Positions 52,578-62,376 of a stretch of 64,000 nt of DNA are shown here, piece after piece (within the stretch, counting starts at the first letter, position 1; every line of letters starts with the position of its first letter). This DNA is from a virus: the IMG/VR virus record IMGVR_UViG_3300012984_000014, positions 1-64,000 of that record; one strand, written 5' to 3'. Made by a program: the position numbers and the translations under genes. The notes below the pieces were generated by a model. That model was not told the DNA's origin. It searched no databases and was given only the letters and a program-made list of their open reading frames with translations.

Positions 52578-52795
52578 CGCCAGTGCTGCTTTGCGAGTAC
52601 ATCGTGGCCGGCGCGCTCGGGCTCGCCGGAGCCGTCTTCATTCTGGCTTGCCTCGCGGCGCTCATCAAGTGGCTCTTCATCAAGCCGGATCCTGACGACG
52701 ATGGCGACGAGGACGACGACGGCGAGGAGCGGCCCGCCGACTTCAAGGCGACGTCGAAGGCAGCGGCCATGGCAGCATCGAAGGACACCAATTGA
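52574..52795 (+). CDS. Small membrane protein with an acidic tail
   Basis: One hydrophobic helix. ATGA/TTGA coupling on both sides. Confidence 0.5.
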   Translation: MTPVLLCEYIVAGALGLAGAVFILACLAALIKWLFIKPDPDDDGDEDDDGEERPADFKATSKAAAMAASKDTN

Positions 52796-53373
52796 TCATC
52801 GTCCTCGAAGGCGTCAACGGAACGGGCAAGAGCACGTACGCGGAGAAGCTCTCCAAGGGCCTCAACGCGCCCGTGCTCCGCCCGTTCCGGCAGGGTCCCG
52901 ATCACCACTTCACCGGCACCACGAGCATCGAGCGCGAGCTGAAGGCGCTCGCCGTCCCGTACAACACGCACGTGGACGACATCTACACGGCGGACATCCT
53001 CGCGCGGCTGCTCAAGTTCAACAAGCACATCCCGGTCATCCTGGACCGCTCGGTGGGCAGCGCGATAGCGCACGGGGAACGCCCGCTAAGGGACGCCGGG
53101 CGCCTGCTTGGGCTCTGGCAACAGCTGCTAGGTCCGGACACGCACGTGGTGTACGTTTGGCTCACGGCGCCGTGGTCTGTAGCCAACCCTCGGTTGGCTC
53201 TCGATCGGCGCGGGCGCTTCACCGAGGAAGAGCACAAGCGGCTTCACGGGCTGTTTCGCTACGTGTTCGAGATGGTGCGATACACCAAGTTGGAGATCGA
53301 CACCGCGAACGTCGATGCGAACGATGGCGTGAAGCAGATCGTCGAGTTGATGGGAATTGTCCAAACTCGATGA
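52792..53373 (+). CDS. Thymidylate-kinase-like dNMP kinase
   Basis: IVLEGVNGTGKST P-loop and ILDRSVGSAIAH (DR motif). Confidence 0.85.
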   Translation: MIIVLEGVNGTGKSTYAEKLSKGLNAPVLRPFRQGPDHHFTGTTSIERELKALAVPYNTHVDDIYTADILARLLKFNKHIPVILDRSVGSAIAHGERPLRDAGRLLGLWQQLLGPDTHVVYVWLTAPWSVANPRLALDRRGRFTEEEHKRLHGLFRYVFEMVRYTKLEIDTANVDANDGVKQIVELMGIVQTR

Positions 53374-53680
53374 ACTCAGAGCGAAACTCCGAACCGGCGA
53401 ATTGGAAGCCGAGTTGGAGGCAAGGCGCGAGCAGTCCAACAGGATTTACAAGATAAATCCATCGGGATCGGATGCGCTGATCAAGTTCGGGCGCCACCGC
53501 GGTCTTACCCTCCTCCAGATCAAGCAGAAAGAACCGGGCTATCTGGACTTCATTCGCAACTCGGACTTCCCCGAGGAGCTGAAGGACGTCGTGCGGTACA
53601 TACAGACGATCACCGCGGCCAAGGAGATCTCCCTGGCGGCCGACTCGTTGACCGACTGGCTCAAAGGCGACAAGAAATGA
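53357..53680 (+). CDS. Small protein with an ExoX C-terminal-like (FGKHKG) domain
   Basis: IKFGRHRGLTLLQIKQKEPGYLDFI. Confidence 0.55.
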   Translation: MSKLDELRAKLRTGELEAELEARREQSNRIYKINPSGSDALIKFGRHRGLTLLQIKQKEPGYLDFIRNSDFPEELKDVVRYIQTITAAKEISLAADSLTDWLKGDKK

Positions 53681-56600
53681 CCGATACAACCGACGACTTC
53701 GTGCACCTCCACACGCACAGCGACATGAGCCAGCTGGACGGGTGCGGGAAGATCAGCGAGTACGTCAAGACAGCGAAACTCCGCGGGCATAAGGCGCTCG
53801 CCTTCACGGACCACGGCACGATGCGCGGCGTGATGACGCACTACGAGCAGTGCAAGGAGGTAGGCATCAAGCCCATCTTCGGCACCGAGTTCTACGTGTC
53901 GAAGAACATGTTCAGGAAGGGCCTGACGGCGGAGGAGAAAGCCGAGCTGACCAAAGGCGCGAAGAAGGCGGACCACAAGGAGATCCTCCGCGCGTATGAG
54001 GACCACGAGGGCATCCGCGACCGTTGGCACATCACGTGCTGGGCGCAGACGAACGAGGGCCTGAAGAACCTGTACAAGCTCTCCAGCATGAGCTTCATTG
54101 ATGGGTTCTACTACAAGCCGCGCATCGACCTCGCGACCCTGATCAAGCACGGTGCGGGCATCCACGTCGCCTCTGGTTGCCTGTCGAGTCCGATCAACGA
54201 CTCGTGGAACGAGGGTCGGAAGCGGGACGCGCTGAACTACGCCGATCAGCTTCAGGAGGCGTTCGGCGAGCGTTTCTGGTTGGAGGTTCAGCCACACGCC
54301 ATCGATATTCAGTGCGAAGCAAACCGCCTGATGATGAAGCTCCACGATCGCTACGGCGGCAAGTCGCGCTACCTCGCGACGCAGGACGCCCACTATGTGG
54401 ATCAGGCGGACGCGGAGCACCACGAAGTGCTGCTGTGCATCGGGACGGGCTCGAACCTGAGCGACCCGAAGCGCTTCAAGTTTGACGGCGATGAGTTCCA
54501 CTTCCGGACGCGAAAGGAGATGTGGAACGCCTTCAAGCGCCACCACGACTTCTTGCCCGGTCGCTGCGTTAAAGAGGCATTAAATTCCACCATAGAACTA
54601 GCTGAATCTTGCACAGCGAAGATGGAGGTGGACTATCACAAGGTGTTGCTTCCAGACCCCGGCATCCCGGCAAAATATGCCGGTGACCCCTTTGCCTATC
54701 TGAAGGACGAGTGCGTGATGGGATGGGCTTGGCGGGACATCCCGACGCGCGCCCGGGCGTACGCAAAGCGCGAAGGAATCACGCCTGTGGACGCCATCGA
54801 GCTGTACCGCGCGCGCCTGAAGATGGAGTTGAAGGCGCTGAAGGTGCAGCGGTTCGTCCCATACTTCTTGATCATCCGTGACATCTACCGCTTCGCCCGG
54901 GAAGCCTCCATCATGGTCGGCCCAGGTCGTGGCTCCGTCGGTGGATCACTGATCGCCTACTTGTTGGGAATCGCGGCGACGGACCCGATTGAGCACGGCC
55001 TGATCTTCGAGCGCTTCATCAGCCCAACTCGTATCGACATGCCCGACGTGGACATGGACTTCGAGGACCGGCGACGCGGCGAGATCATCCAGTACATCAG
55101 GACCAAGTATGGCGACGACAAGGTGTGCCAGATAGCCACCATCGGCAAACTCTCCGGCAAGGAGTGCATCCGGTCCGTCTCGCGCGTCCTGGAGATCCCC
55201 CTGAACGAGGTCAATCAGGTCACGAACAGCATCATTGAACGGTCGTCCGGCGACGAACGCGCCAGCCAGACGATCGCCGACAGCTTCCGTGACTTCGAGA
55301 TCTGCCGCGCCTTCAACAAGAAGTATCCCGAGGTGCTCCGTCACGCCCAAAAGCTCGAAGGCATGGCCAAGAACCTCGGAATCCACGCCGCTGGTGTCGT
55401 CGCCAGCCCTATCCCGCTCGTGGAGGCGATACCGCTGGAGGTCCGCAAGCACGCAGGCGGCGACATCGTCGTATCAGCATTCGACATGTATGGCGTGGCG
55501 GCCGCGGGGCTCGTAAAAATGGACGTGCTCGGCCTCCGAACGCTTTCTGTCGTCAAGGAGGCTTTGGAAGCCATCGAGGCTCGGCACGGCATACACATTG
55601 ACCCCGAGCGACTGGATCTGAACGACCCTAAGGTGCTCGCTGGCTTCACGGCGCACGACTACGGCGGCGTGTTTCAGTACGACACCCCGAGCGCGGACAA
55701 GGTTTGCATCGGCGTCAACTTCACGAGCTTTGAAGACGTCGCCGCGATGACGGCGCTCAACCGGCCGGGCACGAGCCGCTCCGGCCTCGCAACCAAGTAC
55801 GTGGAGCGCAAGAAGAACCCAAAATTGGTGGAAAAGATCGACTTCCACCCTGCCGTCTCCGCTATCACAAAGGACACACTGGGAATCATCGTCTACCAGG
55901 AGCACGTTCTGCGCATCTTCACCGACATCGCGGGTTTCGCTCCGGCGACTGCAGACAAGCTGCGCAAGACCATTGCCAAGAAGATCGGCGACGAGACGCT
56001 GGGAAAGGAGCGCGAGAACTTCGTGGAGGGCGCGATGAAGACCACGCCCGGGATGACGGAGGCGGTCGCCAACAAAATCATGGACGCGATCACGTTCTTC
56101 GGGTCGTACGGTTTCAATAAGAGCCACGCAACGGCCTACGGGATGATCGCCTATTGGTGCATGTGGATCAAGGTCTACTACCCTGTGGAGTTTTACTGGG
56201 CGCTTCTCAAGAACGAGCCCGAGCGAATCCGAATCCAACAGATTGCCAAGGACGCGAAGAAACACGGCATTGTGCTGTCTCCACCCCACGTTTCCTCGTC
56301 GTCTACCAACTTCAGCATCGACGGCGCGCTGGCCATTCGTGGCTCGCTCGTGGACATAAAGGGCGTGGGAGAGAAGGCCGCGCAAGCCATCATGGAGGCG
56401 CAGCCTTTCAAAGACATCATGGACTTCATCGCGCGCGTCGACCGTCGGCGCTGCAATCGCGGGGCTGTCGTGGCGCTCGCGAAAGCCGGCGCGCTCGACG
56501 GCCTGATGCCGAACATCAAGTGGTTCATCGAGAATGCAGACACGGTTTGGGACAAGCTCACATCGAAGCGGAAGCGGGACACAGGCGCGGCCGCGCTCGC

Positions 56601-57528
56601 GCTTCTGGAGGAGTCGAAGCTGACGGAGGACTACAACGAGGAGGACAAGCTGCTGGTAAGTTCGAAGGTTTCGCCGCTCGCATTCGGGCGTCACCCAATC
56701 GACGCCTATGCCTCTTTCATGGAGTCAGACATGAAGGTGGAGCTGGCGGAGATGGGCGCCGACGACTACTTCAAGGAGTACAACAACCGCGGCCACTTCA
56801 TCGCGGGCGTGATCGTGGAGGTCAAGTACAACCAGATCGGCGACTTCCACACCGGTCCCATGCCGACCGAGCTGGAGCGCAAGCAGCAGTTCTGGGGCGC
56901 GCGCTACGCGAACGTCAACATTGAGGAGCGCTCCGGTAAGCAGAACCGGGTGAAGTTCGATCACGACATCTTCGACGCGAACCGCCACATCATTGACAAG
57001 GGCGTCGGAACAGCAGTGATGGCCCATGTGACGGCGAGCGAATTCACGCAGACCCTCCGGGCCCAGTTCGCTATCGATGTGGATGACTTCCGGAAGCGTG
57101 CGCGCGCCTTCGAGCCGCTGACCATGTGGGAGACGATCGTCAAGGGTAAGCACCCCGCGAAGTTCTACCCGTGGCGTGACATCAAGCTCCGGAAGGCGCG
57201 CCTGCGCAATACTCTCTTCTGGGATCGGGACGCCGGCCCGTTCTGCGGTGTGGTCACGAATGTTCGCCTGAAGTACGACAAGAAGGGCAATTGCATGGCC
57301 TACTTCGGGTTGATCGGCGGTGACCTCCGATACACAGACGTGATGTGCTTCGCGTCGTTGTGGGACGAGATCAGGCGTGTCGTGAAGGTCGGCCGGCTGA
57401 TCAAGATCGATCTGGTGCGGAAAAAGGACGACTTCCGTGGCGGAAAAAGCGCCATGTTCGAAGGCGGCCGCGTGACGCATTTGAAGCGCGCACCATCATA
57501 TTCAGCCGCGCTCGGCACGTCTGAGTAA
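53677..57528 (+). CDS. dnaE: DNA polymerase III alpha subunit (family C) with a PHP domain
   Basis: HLHTHSDMSQLDG, TDHG, YYKPRID, TQDAHY, GPGRGS, PDVDMDF, HAAGVV, MDVLGL and YGFNKSHA. No intein evident. Confidence 0.95.
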   Translation: MTDTTDDFVHLHTHSDMSQLDGCGKISEYVKTAKLRGHKALAFTDHGTMRGVMTHYEQCKEVGIKPIFGTEFYVSKNMFRKGLTAEEKAELTKGAKKADHKEILRAYEDHEGIRDRWHITCWAQTNEGLKNLYKLSSMSFIDGFYYKPRIDLATLIKHGAGIHVASGCLSSPINDSWNEGRKRDALNYADQLQEAFGERFWLEVQPHAIDIQCEANRLMMKLHDRYGGKSRYLATQDAHYVDQADAEHHEVLLCIGTGSNLSDPKRFKFDGDEFHFRTRKEMWNAFKRHHDFLPGRCVKEALNSTIELAESCTAKMEVDYHKVLLPDPGIPAKYAGDPFAYLKDECVMGWAWRDIPTRARAYAKREGITPVDAIELYRARLKMELKALKVQRFVPYFLIIRDIYRFAREASIMVGPGRGSVGGSLIAYLLGIAATDPIEHGLIFERFISPTRIDMPDVDMDFEDRRRGEIIQYIRTKYGDDKVCQIATIGKLSGKECIRSVSRVLEIPLNEVNQVTNSIIERSSGDERASQTIADSFRDFEICRAFNKKYPEVLRHAQKLEGMAKNLGIHAAGVVASPIPLVEAIPLEVRKHAGGDIVVSAFDMYGVAAAGLVKMDVLGLRTLSVVKEALEAIEARHGIHIDPERLDLNDPKVLAGFTAHDYGGVFQYDTPSADKVCIGVNFTSFEDVAAMTALNRPGTSRSGLATKYVERKKNPKLVEKIDFHPAVSAITKDTLGIIVYQEHVLRIFTDIAGFAPATADKLRKTIAKKIGDETLGKERENFVEGAMKTTPGMTEAVANKIMDAITFFGSYGFNKSHATAYGMIAYWCMWIKVYYPVEFYWALLKNEPERIRIQQIAKDAKKHGIVLSPPHVSSSSTNFSIDGALAIRGSLVDIKGVGEKAAQAIMEAQPFKDIMDFIARVDRRRCNRGAVVALAKAGALDGLMPNIKWFIENADTVWDKLTSKRKRDTGAAALALLEESKLTEDYNEEDKLLVSSKVSPLAFGRHPIDAYASFMESDMKVELAEMGADDYFKEYNNRGHFIAGVIVEVKYNQIGDFHTGPMPTELERKQQFWGARYANVNIEERSGKQNRVKFDHDIFDANRHIIDKGVGTAVMAHVTASEFTQTLRAQFAIDVDDFRKRARAFEPLTMWETIVKGKHPAKFYPWRDIKLRKARLRNTLFWDRDAGPFCGVVTNVRLKYDKKGNCMAYFGLIGGDLRYTDVMCFASLWDEIRRVVKVGRLIKIDLVRKKDDFRGGKSAMFEGGRVTHLKRAPSYSAALGTSE

Positions 57529-57561
57529 AGAGAAGTCACCCCAATCAGGAGTCAATAGAAC

Positions 57562-58002
57562 ATGAGCGGAATCCAAGATGTGGCACGCGAGGCCGGGCTG
57601 AAGTCCGAGATCGTGGCCAACCTATTTGAAGCCATCCTGGCAGCAGTCTCGCGCGGCGAGAAGGTCCGGATCAAGGGCATCGGAACCTTCGAGCGCAAGC
57701 TGTACAAGGGGCGAACGCTCGTGACTCCTGCCGTGAACGACGGCGACCCGATCAAGTACCCCGACAGCTACGTGTTGAAGTTCCACCAGAGCCAACTGGC
57801 CAAGCGTCGCATCAATATCGTGGCCAAGAAGCAGCAAGCGTCGGAGGAGCCGAAGCCTTCCAAGAAGGAGAAGAAGGCAGCTGCGACCGCCGAATCTTCA
57901 AAGCCGGCGAAGAAGAACAAGACCACTCCGCCACCCGCGGCGGAGACCCCGAAGAAGAAAAACAAGCCAAAGCGGGTGCCCGAGCCCGGCGAAGAGGAGT
58001 GA
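57562..58002 (+). CDS. HU/IHF-like DNA-binding protein with a Lys/Pro-rich tail
   Basis: LFEAILAAVSRGEKVRIKGIGTFE...GRTLVTP...VLKF. Confidence 0.82.
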   Translation: MSGIQDVAREAGLKSEIVANLFEAILAAVSRGEKVRIKGIGTFERKLYKGRTLVTPAVNDGDPIKYPDSYVLKFHQSQLAKRRINIVAKKQQASEEPKPSKKEKKAAATAESSKPAKKNKTTPPPAAETPKKKNKPKRVPEPGEEE

Positions 58003-58003
58003 A

Positions 58004-58606
58004 ATGCCTAAAGTGGACTTTTCAAAGAGGACGATCACGGTTCAAGGCACTGAGGTCGTTTTCGACACGCAGACGCACTTCCCGGTTCTGCCCGACCTGA
58101 GCGCGGAGATGGGCGGGATCGCGTCCGCGATGGCTTGGTGGGCGTCGGTATGGGCGGCCGCATCAGCGGAGCAAATCGACGCCGATAGCTTCTATCGCCA
58201 TTGGCGCGCGAAGAAGGCGGAAGAGTTCCGCGGCGCCGATCCGAAGCTCTCCGACGAGAAGCTGAAGGCCAAAATCGAGGCTCATCCGGAATTCCCCAAG
58301 ATGAAGAAGGCCCTGGCGCTCGCTGAAGAGAATGTGGTCTTGGCCAAGGGTTGTTTCGTTTCCCTGGAGAAAAAGGGGAACATGCTTCAATCTCTCGGGG
58401 CCAACATCCGTAGCGAGTTGAGCAAGACTGGTCTTAGCACGCCATCGGAGCCAAAATCAGCGCCGCGCCGCTCGGTTCGTGAAGAAGCCGAGGACGAAAC
58501 CGAACAACCGTGGGCGGAGCCCGACCCTAGCAAGGTCGCTGCCGGCGAAGAAAAGATGAAGAACACGTTCAAGGGTAAGGGCGGAGCTGCCCGTTTCAAG
58601 GAGTGA
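58004..58606 (+). CDS. UvsY-like recombination mediator
   Basis: Helical pattern LKAKIEAHPEF...LEKKGNMLQSLGANIRSE. Adjacent to SSB and RecA. Confidence 0.5.
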   Translation: MPKVDFSKRTITVQGTEVVFDTQTHFPVLPDLSAEMGGIASAMAWWASVWAAASAEQIDADSFYRHWRAKKAEEFRGADPKLSDEKLKAKIEAHPEFPKMKKALALAEENVVLAKGCFVSLEKKGNMLQSLGANIRSELSKTGLSTPSEPKSAPRRSVREEAEDETEQPWAEPDPSKVAAGEEKMKNTFKGKGGAARFKE

Positions 58607-58609
58607 ATC

Positions 58610-59941
<1,332 letters not shown>

Positions 59942-59945
59942 GAAG

Positions 59946-61049
59946 ATGGCGGCGGCAAAAAAGCCCGCCCCGAAGACTGCCGGACTCGCCAAGAAAGCGG
60001 CTCCGGCAGTTCCTTCTTCGGATGGGCGCATCGTGAAACCAAACATCCGTGAGCTGCTAGAGGGCATGCGGAAGTCCATCGGCGAGGAGAACGTGCTGCT
60101 GCTCGGCGGTGGCGCGGAGGCGCTCAAGATCAAGGGCGTGATCTCCACTCGTGCGCCCGAGGTGGACGAGGCCATTGGACGTGGCGGGATACCTCTTGGA
60201 AGGATCTCGATCATACACGGCGGCGAGGGCTCCGGGAAGACGACTCTGTGCTTGCAAACCGTTGCCGAGTGCCAATATCAGGGCGGAGCCGGCGCGTATT
60301 ACGACACAGAACACAAGTTGGATCCGGACTACGCCCAAGCGCTCGGAGTGGATAGCGACAACCTGATCATCGTGCGTCCGGAGACGTTGGAAGGGTTCTT
60401 TGACTCTTCGCATTCGTTCATGGATCTGGTGATTGCACAGCGAAAGGAGACGGGCATCTGGGCGCCATGCATCATGGTCCTGGATTCCATCAATTCAACG
60501 ATGGCCAAGTGCGTGGTCGAAGGCGACGCGGGCGATCAGCAATACGCGCCGGAGGCGCGCATCTGGTCCAAGCAACTCTCCGACCTGAACCGGCGGATCT
60601 CGCAAGAGTCCGTCGCGCTCGTCCTAATCAGTCAGGTCCGCAAGAAGATCGGCATTCAGTTCGGCGACCCGGACGAGATTGCCGGCGGACAAGGTCCGAG
60701 GTTCTACGCCTCCCTGATCATGAAGGTGACCAGGACGGGCTCGGAGGTAGTCGACGGCGAGAAGACGGCCAACAAGACGCAGGTGGAGTGCAAGAAGAAC
60801 CAGATCAGCCCTCCGTTCAAGAAGGCCCAAGTGCTGATCAAGTATGGAAAGGGCGTGGACTTCGCGCGCTCTCTTCTGAAAGTCGCCACCACGGCCGGCA
60901 TCGTCGTGAAGACTGGGAACACGTACACGCTCGACGGCGAGAACATTGGCGTTGGCGAGGGTGCAGCGACCAAGTGGTTGCGAAAAAACACAGAGGCGCG
61001 CGCGCGCCTCAACAAGCAATGGCGTGAGTCGAAGGGCTGGCCGGTATGA
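59946..61049 (+). CDS. recA: RecA recombinase (UvsX-like)
   Basis: GIPLGRISIIHGGEGSGKTT, DTEHKLDPDYAQALGVD, VLDSI, QVRKKIGIQFGDP and KNQISPPFK. Confidence 0.95.
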   Translation: MAAAKKPAPKTAGLAKKAAPAVPSSDGRIVKPNIRELLEGMRKSIGEENVLLLGGGAEALKIKGVISTRAPEVDEAIGRGGIPLGRISIIHGGEGSGKTTLCLQTVAECQYQGGAGAYYDTEHKLDPDYAQALGVDSDNLIIVRPETLEGFFDSSHSFMDLVIAQRKETGIWAPCIMVLDSINSTMAKCVVEGDAGDQQYAPEARIWSKQLSDLNRRISQESVALVLISQVRKKIGIQFGDPDEIAGGQGPRFYASLIMKVTRTGSEVVDGEKTANKTQVECKKNQISPPFKKAQVLIKYGKGVDFARSLLKVATTAGIVVKTGNTYTLDGENIGVGEGAATKWLRKNTEARARLNKQWRESKGWPV

Positions 61050-61246
61050 AGGCCAAGCATTGGTACGCGCCTGCTGGCGATGCTTGGCGTAATGATGCAG
61101 GTGTCCTCGTGAGTGATCACGGAGGCAATCAGTGGCTAAGAGTACACAGTTTCCAGTTGGAAAGGGAGGCCACGCTTGGTGATGTAAGGAAGGCTGCGGC
61201 TGCTCTTGGATTCGAGTTGGTAAAAGTAGGGAAGAAACAGGCATGA
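61046..61246 (+). CDS. Small hypothetical protein
   Basis: ATGA overlaps at both ends. Confidence 0.4.
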   Translation: MKAKHWYAPAGDAWRNDAGVLVSDHGGNQWLRVHSFQLEREATLGDVRKAAAALGFELVKVGKKQA

Positions 61247-62376
61247 AGACGTTTCGCGGGACGATGATCAGTGATATTCATATGAGTAATCGGCTCATGG
61301 GCGCGCGCCCCGGACCGAACGGCGTGACGGACCGACTCCAGGACCAAATCGGCCTCTGGAAGAGGGTCCAAGAGTCGGCCCGCGAACACGGCTCCAAGGA
61401 CATCTTCATCCTTGGGGACCTATTTGACAAGTCGCTCGTGGACGCTATCACGCTGACGGCGACCGTCCGCGCGTTAGCAGAAGCGAGCGACATCACGCAC
61501 TGGATCCTCCCCGGGAATCACGACGCTGTGAACACCCGGGGAGGGCGCTTCACGGTCGAAGCCTTCGGCGAGATGGGCAACGACCGGATCCGCTACATGA
61601 AGACCGGCGAGCGCTACGGCTTCGGCGCGGGAGACTGGTGTGGATTCTGGCCATTGGAGTATGGCGACCAGGATCGATCGCGGGAGGCGTTGGAAGAGAT
61701 AAAGTTCAAGGCCAAATCCAAGAAGGAGCCTTGGGGGCAAGAGAACCTGCTGCTTCACCACAGTATCGTCGGTTGCAAGTTCGCCGATTGGGTTTGTGAC
61801 GACGGATTGGAAGCTGCCGAGGTATGCGATGGATTCGATTGGGTATACAGCGGCCACTTTCATGACACCCAGGAATTCGGCCACCGTGGAATGTATCTCG
61901 GAGCTCCGATGCACCATCGCTTCGAGGATGCGGGGCGTCCGGCAGGTTTCTGGAACATGACTTGGGACAGCAAGGGCGGCTGCTTGAAGGACTTCATGGA
62001 CGGTGCTTGCCCGCGGTTCCACGAAACAGAAGGCATTCTGGAAGATGTTCCGACCGGAGCCAATCTGGGCGACTACATCCGGCTCAACGTGACAGCGACG
62101 ACGGCCGGTTGGGAGGACGTCAAGGCGGACGTTCGGGCGCGTGTCGAGGCTTGGAATAAGGCCGGCTACCGCGCGAGCTTCAAGCACAAGCCGGTCTACC
62201 ACCATTCACGTCGCATCTCGGCGACGGAAGCGAAGAAGACAGGCGGGATGAGCGTGGAAGCGATGATGTCGGCATACGTGGAGTCGCCAGACGTCGACAC
62301 GACCGGGCTGGACCTCGCGCGGCTCCGTCGGATCGGGCGCGAAGCGCTCGAAGCCGCGAAAGCGAAGGTGCTGTGA
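61243..62376 (+). CDS. sbcD: SbcD/Mre11 (T4 gp47-like) nuclease
   Basis: SDIH, GDLFD, PGNHD, LHH and SGHFH phosphoesterase motifs. Confidence 0.9.
   Translation: MKTFRGTMISDIHMSNRLMGARPGPNGVTDRLQDQIGLWKRVQESAREHGSKDIFILGDLFDKSLVDAITLTATVRALAEASDITHWILPGNHDAVNTRGGRFTVEAFGEMGNDRIRYMKTGERYGFGAGDWCGFWPLEYGDQDRSREALEEIKFKAKSKKEPWGQENLLLHHSIVGCKFADWVCDDGLEAAEVCDGFDWVYSGHFHDTQEFGHRGMYLGAPMHHRFEDAGRPAGFWNMTWDSKGGCLKDFMDGACPRFHETEGILEDVPTGANLGDYIRLNVTATTAGWEDVKADVRARVEAWNKAGYRASFKHKPVYHHSRRISATEAKKTGGMSVEAMMSAYVESPDVDTTGLDLARLRRIGREALEAAKAKVL

Noticed and set aside
53677-57528. Intein in DnaE (or in DnaB/RecA)
   Set aside because: Lengths are near normal, with no C/S...HN splice junctions or LAGLIDADG motifs.
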